Source: Wallemia ichthyophaga EXF-994 (taxonomy: Eukaryota > Fungi > Basidiomycota). Taken from it: a stretch of 248,000 bases of DNA. The translations under genes and the position numbers were made by a program. This document shows, piece after piece, positions 198,203 to 212,099 of the stretch (its first letter is position 1; each line of letters starts with the position of its first letter). A model generated the notes under the pieces. That model did not search any database and had not been told where the DNA came from. It was given only the letters and a program-made list of their open reading frames with translations. The stretch is taken from contig NW_008806285.1 of NCBI RefSeq assembly GCF_000400465.1, forward strand, positions 20,001-268,000, given 5' to 3'.

Positions 198203-200432
198203 GGTTGTCTCCCTATTAAACTACATATATGGCTCAAATATTATTTCAAAGGTCGATAATTCTTTGAATTACTATGAAGGCTAAATAGTAAGTTTGAAGT
198301 GGAGCTCCAAAGTAAGTTACATAAAAAGCTCCCTATTTAATTTTCAAGGTGGCTTACGGGTCATTTTAAAGTGTGGCTAACTAGTAATATTCAAAGATGT
198401 CTTACTAGGAATGTTCAGGGGTGTCTCACTAAATATATCTCAATAGTAATTATTAATTTAAAAGTGTGAGTTATTGCGATATTTCTGAAGTAAATCACCG
198501 ACAATGTTCAAGGTTTCCTCGCCAATAATACCTAATAATGGCTTACTTTTAATTATAATAAATGTCTCATCAATTTCAAGAATCGATGGATCACTAGCAA
198601 AGTTAGGATGTGACTAATCATCAGCCAAAGTCAAGCAAGTGTGCCCAATAATTCAAAGGGAATATGAGCACACCCGAAGCTGTTCTTGACCAGATGAGCT
198701 CCTATTAGAATTCCGGCGCATGATATACTACGGTTCATTCACATCAGTTAATCTTTCGAACACGATTGATACCACTAGAAACGCTAAATTTTACGACAGC
198801 ACATATGGAAACGGATTGCCATTTTCTTCATCGAGACAATTCATCAAAAAGGGTAAAATCAATCACAGACCGGCTAAGAACAACAAATTTATGACGTAGA
198901 AACTATAAAACAAGTTCCAAAGTGAAATGTTTCGCTGTTTCACGATATGACCAACCCAAATTGAGTGTCGATGCGTTGGTCTATTAAATCATGCTTGCAT
199001 AAAAAACAAAAAAGTTCTACCAAACAGATGAGAAGCAAATAAAACATGCAAACGTGCTTATCAGGGCAAAAAAAAACATTGCACCGTGCCGACTGCCAAA
199101 GTCCCAGGCGAAAAATGGAATTGGAAATGGTCAAAACATGCGTCAGTTGAAACAGGGTGATAGATCTCCATGCATTAATAAATATTAGATAATGAAAATA
199201 TGAACAATGAGACAAAAACACAAACGGACACAAAAAAAGCCATGGAATGAAACTGTTCAACTTCTTCCATTTTGTTAAGTACATAAAAATCTGTAATGAT
199301 ATGCAACAAAATGTCCCCCGTTTGAAATCAATTGAAAACAACGAAGACCTAAGAAAGTAATGTTATAGAATGACCAAGAACGTATCAGCTACTTTGCGGT
199401 TATATAAGTTGAAGATACTGTTACAGGAGGGCAACGTCAATTCTTTGTAAGCCGATTAAAGACGATGGCATCCTTATACTTGATTTAAACTTTTCTAAAA
199501 ATCAAGCTGGTTGGTATATTTTTCTTTTGAAAGTCTTGGAGTAAATATTGTCAAGTAGCAATAATCACTGAAATATTAATAATATACAAATTAATGTAAA
199601 AAAGTTTGGCACTAAAACAAGTTAATTCAAGGACAAAAAAACATCACTTTCCATTTAAGTAATTGCGTTAGCTGCGATAACATAGCATTACAGTTAAACT
199701 TAAATTGTTCATTTTTAAATATTAATCGAGAGTCCGAACTTTTCTCCTTTTCACGTAGTGGCTTTTTGAAAAACGTTTTCCAACGAAGGAAAAGTAGGTC
199801 TCGAAGAATTATTCATCATTGAGAGCAATTTTGCTAATTGTCAAGCTCAACAGTTAGAGTATTTGGTTTATGTTCATCTTTTATGTCAAAAGAGATTTGC
199901 TAACTCGGATGTAAAAACAAATTGAAGTTTAGCAAAATAATGAATAAATCTTAATTTATGGCAAAATTAACGCTCAAAAAAAGAACATTTCTTCCACCTA
200001 CTTCGGCAGTGAAAGTAAATTTATAATAAATATTTATGAAATCATGCCAATACTGTCATTACATATATTTGCATATTTTTGCATAGCGAATTTCTAGATT
200101 CTTATGAACCAGGTTCTGAGTAGCTTTAAAGAGAGACAAAATTCCAAAATTTACCCCTATTGAAGTTTCTTTGCCTTTCTTCAAGGTCGCGTAGATATTA
200201 AGGTTTTCTTTTAATTTGGTACATGATTATTTACAGGCAATTTGCTATCCCTCCTTGACAAAAAAAAAAAAATTGTATTCAGACAATGAATGGGTAACGA
200301 AGTCCGCTACAACATAGCGATGTTCTCATTTATTTTGGACAACCTAGATGTGGTGTCATTATCCCATTATTATAACTTTAAAATCGTCTAGTTACTTCGT
200401 CAAAGCAGACATCACTTTACAAACTTTACAAG
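198203..200432. other. AT-rich gene-free core between the inverted arms; candidate centromere core
   Basis: No credible gene; long A/T runs; enclosed by near-identical arms. Function is inferred. Confidence 0.6.
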
Positions 200433-202317
200433 TTAAAAACTCATATCAAGCAGCCCTTGAAAAAGTTAGGGTCAGATGTCAACTATAAGGGTTAGTCTAG
200501 TGGTCGGCTTGGCAAAATGAGAAAACATGCCTCTTTCTGCAAAGCTCTAAATATTACAGTGATAATGACTATTGCGACTACCTTGGGTTAGCTAGCTAGT
200601 TAATTTTTTAATTTTTCTGGATTTTAATAGACGTAGGGCTCTTGCCGCCAAAGCGGTCAATAATTCTTCTTAATGAATTGAGCTCTAAGTAGCAATTCTA
200701 CTTGCTTCTACAGCTACCTATAGCGAGTATATATCTTGTTTTCCTATTTATCCTATCGTCATCCTGCTAATCGCAATGAGGAAGCTTTTCAGGGAGAAAA
200801 GATGAAGTTATTGTGGGGCTCGAACGCAGTGAAACTGTTATGAGATATTAATAAATGTGATTTTGTTATGATTGCAAAACTTTTTTACGCACTTGTTAAA
200901 CTCTGATGAAACTTACTCCCTTCTGCCGGCATCAACTCAGTGGTTATCATACACCAGCGACGTTCTGGGAATTGATCAGTCAATGTGATCCTTGCAAATA
201001 AACTTGAAAGACATACAATCATGGCTCTTTTCTATAGTTTGGCACCACTACCACTTTACGATCATGAACAAGCATCAGCCAAGCCAAAGCGCTTAGCTTA
201101 GGAAACATTATATACTAGATAAGGTTAGCCGGAAGCAGTACGCATAGTGATTAGTATAGATACATATTCCCTTAACATATCCTAGTGTTCGAATTATGGC
201201 ATCATGATTAGTAGATTCAGCGGGAGGTGAAATTTCCATCCTAAATATCGCAAAATGACTCCTGAATTTTATGAAGTCTTGTTTCAATTGCTCTTCATTC
201301 AATAATTTTATTTGCCCCTAATCGCACCCTATTACGATGGGCAGTGCGAGGTCGACGACATCTAGAATACGACCCCCATCCTTTTCTAGAATGAAGAGAA
201401 GATAGCATTGAAGCAAGCTTAGACCCCGCAAGACAAGTAAGAAGTTTAATAAGCTGCGAGGAAGAGGAGAAGAAAGCAAAGCATGTACCTCGTTCATGCA
201501 CGCGGTGATTTCCCTTAGTCCTGTCAGCCGGTGAAACACCTGGCCAGTTTCGCTTGAGATCCTCGAGCACTGGCGCAAGACCACCCCATCTTGGGAAGTG
201601 TACCTCCGCCAGATATGCCAAATGCCTCAACCGTGGGCGTGCAAGGTCCTTCATTCTTGAGGTAGACCCTCACTTAGGCTCGATTAGTTCCGTCATTTAC
201701 GAACAATAATTTAGTCACTTTTCTTTCCATCAGCCTTCAGCCTTTCGAAATTTTTCCACAAAGTGTATATCTGTATTGTTTATCATTCTTTTCTCAGCCG
201801 TTGTTCCTAACAAAAGTATTTCGTTTTCTCTATGAATATTACTCGGTTAGAATTCTTTACAACCTTCTTCCATTATGTTGGTTTAGACTGCTGGGTTGTG
201901 GAATGAATGGTTTGTTCAACGAGCGAACAATCAAATAGAAAGAAGTGTAATCAGCGAAGACCAATAATATGTAAATTTTATATTTATTCTGAACAAAGGC
202001 GTGATCAGAATAAATATGAATAGTCATGGATTTCATTCGGCGGTTTAAATCCTAGAAGAGCGATATTAAGGACGTATGGTAGGTGATGTGGCTAGAGTTA
202101 GCGTGTCAAGAATCTAACAGCAAGTTAAATGTCTTTCACCGTGCTTTAAAAGCGTTAATGCGTCTAATGATATATTTTTAACTCTTGCCCATGTTTTGTG
202201 TAACATACAATTCATCAACTATAGATAAATCACTGTCAAGATATATTCGAGCCTCAATAATTTGCTGAGTTTGCTAATCAATTTTTTTACGCATCCATTC
202301 TGATTGTAATTTTGGAC
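200433..202317 (-). repeat. Right arm of 1885-bp inverted repeat
   Basis: Ends GATTGTAATTTTGGAC; mirror image of the left arm. Confidence 0.97.
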
Positions 202318-202506
202318 TGAGCGGAGGCAAATACTAACACAAAGGATAGCCGAATAACCCGATGAGAATGACAACATACTACAGTGCACTTCAAATTCTA
202401 ATTCATAGTAGCCATTTAATTCTTTTCGTGTGAATTTAAAAATAATGGATTGCACGCAATTCTATATGAAATGTACAATGAATCTCGCGGAATGGGTATT
202501 TAATAA

Positions 202507-204946
202507 TTAGTTGTTGTAGTTTAGGCTTGCGGAACTTAGCCTACGCAAAGATGTTCTGGTTGAATTGTTAAATTGATCTTGTTCTTTAGTATGGTCATAA
202601 GACGGAATATTTGCATTTGCAAATTCATATGTAGTTGTAGCAGCGCTTGGACTTGACGTATTAGCAAATGGTGTAATGGTCCCGCTAGTATTTGACATAG
202701 AGCCCCGCTTATATGACATCTTCTTTGAGGGAGTGATACCAAAGCGAGATTTTACACTACAGATTGAAGGTGATCGTGAGACTGAGGGATCACTAGACGA
202801 TTCGGTTTTAGGCAAATCACTGTTAATTAGAGAGTTTCTTTGCGAATTTGAAGACTTATTATCAATCAAATCATTTTCTTCGAGTTGTGTTGAATGAGAA
202901 TAGAGGGACATTCTTTCAGTATTGCTTGCAATTGTTTGAGACTCGTGTGACTGATTCAACTTGGCTTGTTCATGACATAGCTGTGTCGATTTAAAGTGAT
203001 CTTTCAAATCATTCCAAGGTAAGTTATTTTCTTTGAGAACAGTTTCAGTATTCTTATTATAAAGTGATTTTGATTGAGAATCGACAGCATTTAGTCTATT
203101 CTTCAAAGTCATAAAGGCTGATGACTGAGGTAATATCATCAAAAGACCATATAAGCACTTGAAAAGGAATGGATTTTGATCTGGTTCAAGTAATTGTAGT
203201 CTTAAACCAATGAAAACTGGGGATTCAATTAATTGAACAAGTTTGTCAACTTGAACGAGTAAATCGACATTGACGTGTAAATCCGAAATGATGTATAATA
203301 ATTCACTGGCGTGTTGATAGTTCTGAGAGAGCAAACATAGAGTAAAAACTGAGATTGGATTATGTGACCAAGACTTGTAAATTTTGCAAAATAATGATTT
203401 ATCTTGATCAGTTTCGATGTTTTTCAAAGATTTACGTAAGTCTGATAGTTCGGGTGCAGTAATCAAAACAATAGTTAGCTTTTGTATCAAGAAACTAACA
203501 AAATCGAAATCATCTTCAGATTGAATAATATCGGCCAAGGCTTGATAGATCTTAGAAGAGCCCAAACTTAAAGATAGTTGGCGAATAATCAAAGAACCGC
203601 GAAGATCTAAAAATCCACGGTCTGTAGAGAATAATTGAATCAAATTTTTCATGAACGCTATAAAGTAACTGAAATCAGAAACTTTGGAAATTTGAGCTAA
203701 AAGACGAAGGTTCCTTTTAATGACGTGCTCTGACGGATCGGAAAGAGTTTTGAGTAAAGCAGGAAAGGTGGCATCATCCAAACTGAAGATCTAGAAGACA
203801 GATTATTATAAAAGGCCAAAGGAAGAAGATACTAACCTCTTGGGGAGATATAGACTGTAACATCAACATCCAATCTAAAGCAGCAACTCTGGTTTGAACG
203901 TTATCATTCAACAGTTGCAAAGTTAGATTTGATAAAGTTAGCTGATAATCAAAGTTTTCAATAGAATGTAATGAACCTTTAATGATATTGAATAATTTGG
204001 AATTCAACTGATCAACTAAATGCTGGGTGTGAGGATTGTGATGAGAAAGGTATGGTAAGATTGTTGGAATCAATCTGGGAGTAAGAGGAATTAGAAGAGA
204101 AGGAGCAGAATCGAACAAAGAAGATAACCAATGAATTGCAGAGAATTGAATGACTTCATCTTGAGAGTTTAAATGATTAAACAGAGTTTCAGCGAGTTCA
204201 AAGTAATTGGGTTGAGATTGATTTGATTGAATATTAGATAAAAAGTTATTTAATAACGATTGAGTGGCCGATCTAACGTCAGGACTCGAATCAGACAGAT
204301 AACGCAATAAAGCGTCAAGAATCTTGGGTAGATGGGATATCAAATCGTTGCTGTTGATAGAATCGAATAAGGAAATCCAAGAAAGTAAAAACATTCTGGT
204401 GAAAGGAGAAACGACGTAAATTCTTTTCGATAGTAGTTGAATAAAGTGATTCAAATTGAATTGAGAATAAGACTCGGTGACTATGTCTTTTATTAGTCTA
204501 TCTAATAACTCACTACCATTCTTGACAGAGAGTTCAGAATCGGAGGAGAGTTTATTAAGACAATCGAATATTTGATCAAAGTGAGGCAAAAGATTAGATC
204601 TGGAAACTTTTGCGATGTTGTACATGGATTCGCAAGTGAAGTATCTAATTCTAGGATCAATATCGTTGAAGCAGGAGAGTATAGGTTTAATAATGATGTC
204701 TAGATAATGAATTAGTTGATCATCTAAAGCAACAGCGGCAGCTGCTAAACCAATTAAGCCACCATTCTTGATATTTGAATGATTCTCTTTATTAAATGAG
204801 GAAGCTAGCTGATCAATAATTAGTTTTATTTTATTTGTTTCATTCTTAAATAAAAATTCTTTCAACTGCTTTTCCAATTCCAACGCAGCAGATTTCCTCC
204901 TTTCATACTTTTGGTCATATAAGCTTCTTGATAAGTGATGGTCCAT
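202507..204946 (-). CDS. VAC14: Vac14 PI(3,5)P2 complex scaffold
   Basis: LYDQKYERRKSAALELEK; GGLIGLAA; RGSLIIRQL; QIDKLVQLIESPVF-like; LYGLLMILPQS. Confidence 0.95.
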
Positions 204947-205452
204947 TTCAAACAAGTCAATAAATCTTATAGACCGAATAACTATGTGAGCGATTTTGGA
205001 TGGATGAAGTATGAGTTTATAATTGTAATAGGAAGTTTCAGATGGATTACGTAGAGCAAGATTACCTTTCTTAACGAGGAATTTGGTAACGGCGTTCACA
205101 ATATTGTCGTTTACAGGGGGAGTGTATTATTATTCAATAGCGGCAGTTAAACAAGATGATTTTAGTGTGAGTATGGAGTTGTTAGAGGGTGTAGATAGTG
205201 GTACTGATGCTTTCAAAGGACGTTAAACCATTGATGATTAATAATCATGATTCGAATAAGAATACATCGATAGATGATAGCAACAGGAATAACAATAGTA
205301 ATGTCAATCAAGATATCGGTATCCTCAATAGAATACTAGGATACAACGGCTATAAAACATCAAGCAGTTTATTAGTAACTGATGCACCAAATTTAAATAA
205401 TTTAGGTAAAATGTAAAATTATCCATGAATACAAGCTCATATCAATTCAACG

Positions 205453-206358
205453 ATGAACCAAAACGATTTTAGACAGTTAATCAGTCAGAGTAATCAGTCT
205501 AAAAAGCATGAAAATCTGAAAAATCTAAACAAGAATGATAAAAAGAGATTGTCCAATCTATCCACCTTATCTAATGATATTCAACTACTCGCTCAATCAA
205601 AAGGCTTAAATTTAGATGAAATCAATAAACAAAAGCTCAATAAATCTAAAGAAGTTGATGAGCATGTTCAATCAGAATTAGACTCCGTGATCAGTAACAT
205701 AAAACCTCCTACTAATCAACAACATCATTCAAATAAAAGATCTCGTAATGACATACTAGCCGAATTAAAGCGATCTAAACTTGATCATCAGTTTGATGAT
205801 TCTGCTTCAACCCAACATACCTATAAGCCTCCTTCTCCCGATGCCTTGAACTCTGATGATGACATTTTCAACGATACCAACGATAAGTATCAGCCACCCA
205901 TTTTATCTGATAGCGATAGCAATAGTGATAGCGGTAGCCATAACAATATCGATACTACTTCGAAAGACATTCAATCACCATTTTCACAACCGCAATCACC
206001 ACAAATCTCACAATCACCTCTACGGAAAAACTCCCTCTCCCCCTCTCCATCCCCTGAACTAGACATCTCTGGTAGATTAGTCGGCTTAACTTCAACTGCA
206101 CTACCCAACGTCGCCCAACGCATTCAATCTGATAAAGACGCTGAAATAGCTGATCAACGTAAACAACGTAAACAAATTTGGCTAGCTAAGCAAGGCATCA
206201 AGAAGGACACTGGTGACAACCCTGAACCTCCACCCCAAAAGACTCAAACTGACTCTCAAAAGTTAAATTCAGACTATCAAAGGTATGTTATAGTCTTGAC
206301 ATTCAATCAATTAATAAGGTTACATTCACAGAATCAACGCTTATATACAAAAAAATAA
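205453..206358 (+). CDS. RED/IK-like splicing-associated protein
   Basis: MNQNDFRQLI start and KLNSDYQR end resemble fungal RED-like proteins. Confidence 0.5.
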   Translation: MNQNDFRQLISQSNQSKKHENLKNLNKNDKKRLSNLSTLSNDIQLLAQSKGLNLDEINKQKLNKSKEVDEHVQSELDSVISNIKPPTNQQHHSNKRSRNDILAELKRSKLDHQFDDSASTQHTYKPPSPDALNSDDDIFNDTNDKYQPPILSDSDSNSDSGSHNNIDTTSKDIQSPFSQPQSPQISQSPLRKNSLSPSPSPELDISGRLVGLTSTALPNVAQRIQSDKDAEIADQRKQRKQIWLAKQGIKKDTGDNPEPPPQKTQTDSQKLNSDYQRYVIVLTFNQLIRLHSQNQRLYTKK

Positions 206359-206408
206359 AAAATAAATAAACCCTACTATACAATCCTTTCCTTCATCTAC
206401 CAGTATCT

Positions 206409-209367
206409 TTACGCATTTGACATTTCGACTGGTACTGTTTCATAACCATTCTTTTGTAACTTTAATGGTCTAGTTGTAATCAGATCCCATATCTTATTTA
206501 AACGACCTGTAAAATCATTCTTCATCTTGTTTGTGATCCTCTCTCCTTCTTCGAATCTTGGCTTCCTCCACAGCTTCAACGTTAGGCTGTTTACGACAAC
206601 TGAAACTGACGAACACGCCATCGCCAACCCTGCCATCATCGGATGTAAATGAATATTCCAAGGCAAGAACATTCCCATAGCTAATGGTATAAAAATTGTG
206701 TTATACCCACAAGCCCACAAGAAGTTCATCTTTATCTTCTTCATTATCGCTTTTGATAACTTGATTGAGTTATAAACATCCTTGATTTCTCCTTGCCTCA
206801 TCAATACTATATCTGCTGCTTCAATTGCAATAGATGATCCAGAAGCCAAAGCTATTCCCACGGATGCTGCAGCAAGTGCAGGTGAATCATTTATTCCATC
206901 TCCCACCTGTACCTATATTAGTTTTTTTAAACAGTAAAATTTCAACTGACCATTGCTACACCTCCATCATTATCATCAATCATTGTAATCACCCTTTCTC
207001 GCTTTCCTTTCGGACTAACACCTGCAAATACTCTATTTTTTGCTATAAAAGCTTTTTCTGCTATTGACAAAGCGGTGTTCATTTGATCACCAGTCATCAG
207101 GTAGCTTTCGATTGAGATATTCGATAACGACCTAATTGTTTCTCTAACATTTGACTTAATTTCATCGCCAAGTGCGATTACCACTATTGGTTCTGATTGA
207201 ATAGTCACATATACTATTGTAAAGCCTTTTTCTGAATTTATATTCCTAAACTGTTCCAGGTCCTTTGGCTCTTTTATTCCTTTATGCAGTATTGTTTGAT
207301 TACCAATTTCGACTTGCAAATCAATTGAAGACTTATCGGATAATAACAAGGATACTTCTGATTCAACACCTTTACCTGTATGTGATAACCAGCTCTTGAT
207401 TGAATAGACATCGTCATTATTATTATCAACGATAACTTTATTGTTGAAATGATTCATAATTGCTTGACCCAGTGGGTGCTCACTCTTTGATTCCACAATC
207501 GATATAATCTTCATCACTTGCTCTTTTTTGAAACCTAATGAATGATAACCACCTCTGAATGCATCATCATTCCATGCAACAGAAGTAACGTTAATGTTCC
207601 CTTCAGTTATTGTACCAGTCTTATCCCAAACTATTCTTCTAATTTTGCTGGCTTGCTCTAATGCTTGACCACCTTTTATCAAAATTCCATTCTGAGCACC
207701 AACACCTGTACCAACCATTACAGCAGTTGGTGTTGATAATCCTAAAGCGCATGGACATGCGACAACAATAACTGAAATGCAAAGTTTCAAACAAACTGCA
207801 AATCTACTAACACCAATTTGATTGAATATGTGAGGTAAAGAGGATTTTGGTATAATCAAATAAGAAAGTATCATCCAGACCGAGAATGTTAATAATCCAA
207901 GTAAAATAACCGTTGGCACAAAGTAGCCAGCAATTCTATCGGCAAATGCTTGAATAGGGGCTTTAGAAGTTTGAGCATCTTCAACCAACTTTACTATTTG
208001 CGATAATGCCGTATCTGTACCTGATCTTGTAACACAAACATCAATAGATCCATTTATGTTCATTGTACCACCGGTAACAACATCCCCTTTTGATTTGGGT
208101 ACCGGTATGGGTTCACCTGTAATCATACTTTCATCAATTAATGAAGTACCTTTACAAACACAACCGTCTGCAGGTAATCTCTCTCCAGGTACCAACTTAA
208201 CTATGTCACCCTTTTGTAACAATTCCGTTGGTATCTTTTTTTCGTCGAAATGTACTTGATCTTGGTTTGATTCATCATAATTTGTGTAAATAACAGCTGA
208301 ACTTGGAGCCAATTGTAATAAATCTGATAAAGCTGTACTAGTTTTACCCTTTGCTAGATTCTCCAAGTATCTACCAAGCGTGACAAACGTAATCAACATT
208401 GTTGATGTATCAAAAAACGTTTGAGGTATTACGCTATCACTAGACCAAGTGAAAACGCTTGATACCATAACACCTGCACTATAAACAAAAGCAGCTGTTG
208501 TACCAAAAACAACTAAAACGTCCATTGTGGCTGATTTGTGAAGTAAACTTTTATAAGCCGGCTTATAGAAGAGTTTACCGATTCCAAATTGAACTGGAAT
208601 TGTTAAGACTAGACAGATAAGATCACCAATTGTCAATCCACGCCATAAGTTGAAGATAACAAAAGGTTTAACTGAAGGTATCATTGGTAAAAGCATTCCA
208701 ATTAGGAAGACGGGTATAGCGAATGTGGAGGAATACTTCAGAGCGTCTTTCCATTGATTAACTTCCTTGATTCTAGATAAGGATTTTAATTGACTATCAT
208801 TCCTGTCATCACGGATCATTGAATCGAAACCCGCATCCTGGATGGCTTCAACGATATCTCTAACGCCAATTTGATCAGCATTATAATGAACTCTAGCGAA
208901 TTCCATTGGTAATGAAATATCTGACGAGATAACGCCATCTAAATTTGATAAAGCTGATTGTATTGATGAAGTGCACGAAGAGCACGTCATGCCATAAATG
209001 GAGATATCAATAACGGACTTTGAGTTTAAATTAGTCAAAGCTGTTGCTTCAAATCCCATTTCTCCTATTTCCTTTTATAATTTTGTCAAATTGTCTATAA
209101 ATAGGTATTACAACTCACGTTAGCGAGCTTTTCAGGATCCCAGTAATCTTTGATATAATTTATAGTTGCCTTTTCTGATAACAGCGCGACTTGAATGGAT
209201 TCAACCCCTTGTAATTTCCCTATATAACTCTCGATACTCTGTAACGTAAGGAAGTCAGCGTAAAGAGAAACAATGAATAATATTAGATGACAAACCTGTA
209301 CACAAGAGCTACATGTCATGCCTTCTACTTTAAGCGTGCAATTCTCGATTGCTGTACTTTCCATCAT
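206409..209367 (-). CDS. CCC2: Copper-transporting P1B ATPase
   Basis: HMA GMTCSSC x2; TGEP; CPC; DKTGT; GDGINDSP. Confidence 0.96.
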
Positions 209368-209442
209368 GAAAGTTGCGTTGTACGTCCAAAGCTATTAATC
209401 AAATGCGATAAAATCCGTGATACAAATAAAATAAATTATCAA

Positions 209443-210519
209443 TTACTCTAATTCCTTCATAGACCTTGTAGCAGTACCGCGCTTTAATGGTTTCAATTGA
209501 TCATCAGAGCGCTTCCAACCAATGACATTTATAATCTGGAATGTGGCGGGTATAGTTCCATCTTGGTTGCCATGTAATGATTTGTAGATCTCTGAAGCTG
209601 CTATTAGAGTATCCCTTGAAATATGCGTTCTTCTTCCATTTATTGCGTTTGATTCACCCATGAACTTGAGATCCTCCATCAATTCGAACATTGAAGGATA
209701 ATTAATGATGAGATCATCAATATCAATAGTCAGTAATGTAAATCCAGCTCTGTTCATTAAATTGCCGACATCTGTCGTATCTGTCATTGGTGAAACATGA
209801 GGACCGAAGCCACCCCAGCGTTCTTGTTCAGCTAGTTGTAATGAAGTGCGTAATTCAAATAACGTATCACCACCAAATAAGCATCCCAAGAAAGGGCTAT
209901 CTGGTTTTAATGCGCGATTAAATTGAATCAAAGCACCAGGTAAATCGTTAACCCAGTGTAAACCCAAAGATGAAACGATAATATCAGTTGAATTGGGATT
210001 GAATATGTTATCAAATGAAGGGTTCTCTTCATCAATTTGAATCCTATTTGGTATCTCTAATCACGATTAGCTGAATATCAGCCATTTATGAAATTCAAGC
210101 TTACTAGCAAAGTATACATCGCTATCTTGATCTCTTAAAACAGCTTTAACTGTTCAAATTGTGAGAATAACTCAATGAATTAAAAGTAACTAACCTGACG
210201 AATCAGCGATGTTTATATCATCAGCCAATTCCTCTTCATCTAAAACTCTTGCAGCCTGATTGGATCCACTGCCAATACAAATAGCTTTAGTGTATCTCCT
210301 CTTTATATCAAGAAGCCTGTCCCTAAAGCTCTCTCCAACCTCATTCTTTATATAATCTACTGTCCTTGAATCTTGTAGGTTACTGGCTGCTACTTCCTTT
210401 TGCCACGTCTTTGTACTTCTATCAAAGACATTAAAAACTGAAGGCGTAGGCTTTTGAATTGAATTTAAATTTGAATGAGTTGCAAATCCTCTGAGATTCT
210501 TTATATTTCTCAATATCAT
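209443..210519 (-). CDS. NDUFAF5: NDUFAF5-like complex I assembly methyltransferase-fold protein
   Basis: VFDRSTK; LHWVNDLPG; GGDTLFELRTSLQLAE; IPATFQII. Confidence 0.92.
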
Positions 210520-210609
210520 GATAAATGCACTGGTTAAAGAGGTGAAATGTAAATTTATTTTCAAAATTCAACAATATACGGATATCATTGGATATCATAA
210601 CGCTGTAAT

Positions 210610-212099
210610 TTAATATTCTCCCTCTTCCTCAACTCCGTCTGCAGAATCAACTCCAACTTCTTCGTAATCCTTCTCAAGTGCTGCAAGATCTTCTCTAGCC
210701 TCTGAGAATTCACCCTCTTCCATACCCTCTCCAACGTACCAGTGAACAAAGGCGCGCTTTGAGTAAAGTAAGTCAAATTTGTGATCAAGACGTGCCCATG
210801 CGTTTGCGATTGCTGTGGTGTTTGAAAGCATACATAATGATCTTGATACCTTGGCGAGATCACCACCTGGAACCAAAGCTGGTGCTTCATTACAGATACC
210901 AAGCTTGAATCCAGTTGGACACCAATCAACGAATTGGATGGTACGCTTCGTCTTGATTGTTGCAACTGATGCATTAGCATCCTTTGGTACAACATCACCT
211001 CTGTAAAGCAAGCAACATGCCATATATTTACCTTGACGTGGATCACACTTAACCATTTGGTTGCCTGGGTCAAAGCAAGAGAATGTCATCTCTGAAACCG
211101 AGTTTTGCTCATGTGTTGCTTTCTCTGCTGATATTATTGGTGCGTAAGATGCCAATGGGAAGTGAATACGTGGGAATGGTACCAAATTCGTTTGGAATTC
211201 GTTAAGGTCAACGTTAAGTGATCCATCGAATCGAAGTGATGCAGTAACTGATGAAACAACTTGAGCAATAAGTCTGTTCAAATTGGTGTAAGATGGGCTT
211301 TGAATACCAAGTCTGTTACGGCAAATATCGTAGATAGCCTCGTTGTCAACCATGAAAGAACAATCAGAGTGCTCAAGTGTAGTGTGCGTAGTGAGAACAC
211401 TGTTGTATGGTTCAACAACTGATGTTGACATCTTTGGTGATGGGTAAACTGAGAATTCAAGTTTCGACTTCTTTCCGTAATCGAGTGAGAGACGCTCGAG
211501 GAGAAGTGCTCCGAAACCAGAACCGGTACCACCACCGAATGAGTGGAATACAAAGAATCCTTGAAGACCTGAACAGTTATCCGCAAGACGACGAACTCTG
211601 TCGAGTACTGAGTCTACGAGTTCTTTACCAACCGTGTAGTGACCACGAGCGTAGTTGTTGGCTGCGTCTTCCTTACCGGTAACCAAAGTTTCTGGGTGGA
211701 AGAGTGATCTGTATGGTCCAGTTCTAACCTCGTCAACTACGTTTGGCTCAAGATCGACGTAGATGGAACGAGGAACGTGCTTGCCTGATCCCGTTTCAGA
211801 AAAGAAAGTTGAGAATCCATCATCGTTAGCTGATGGTGAATCTGGCATAAGACGACCATCTGGCTGTGAATTTTGTTATTATTGAGTTCTGTTTATGTGA
211901 AAATTTTCAGCTTACTGAGAGACCGTGCTCAACGGTGTAGAGTTCCCCTGATACGCGTTAAATTTGATTTCAATAGATTTTAATCAACCCACAGCAAGCG
212001 TTACCGATTTGTACACCTGCTTGACCGACGTGCTATTGACAGTGAGTTGACGTGGCGCAGGAAATAGTTTAGACTTACGACGGAGATAACTTCACGCAT
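210610..212099 (-). CDS. TUB1: Alpha-tubulin
   Basis: MREVIS; GGGTGSG; C-terminal EEEGEY. Confidence 0.99.

Noticed and set aside
198940-199341. 133-aa ORF in the core
   Set aside because: Phe/Leu/Cys-rich translation of the T-rich strand of A-run DNA; no homeodomain or pheromone-receptor features, so not called a MAT gene.
196318-202317. Reading the inverted repeat as a DNA transposon with long TIRs
   Set aside because: No transposase in the spacer, no flanking target-site duplication seen, and a surrounding AT trough. Not excluded without a genome-wide search.
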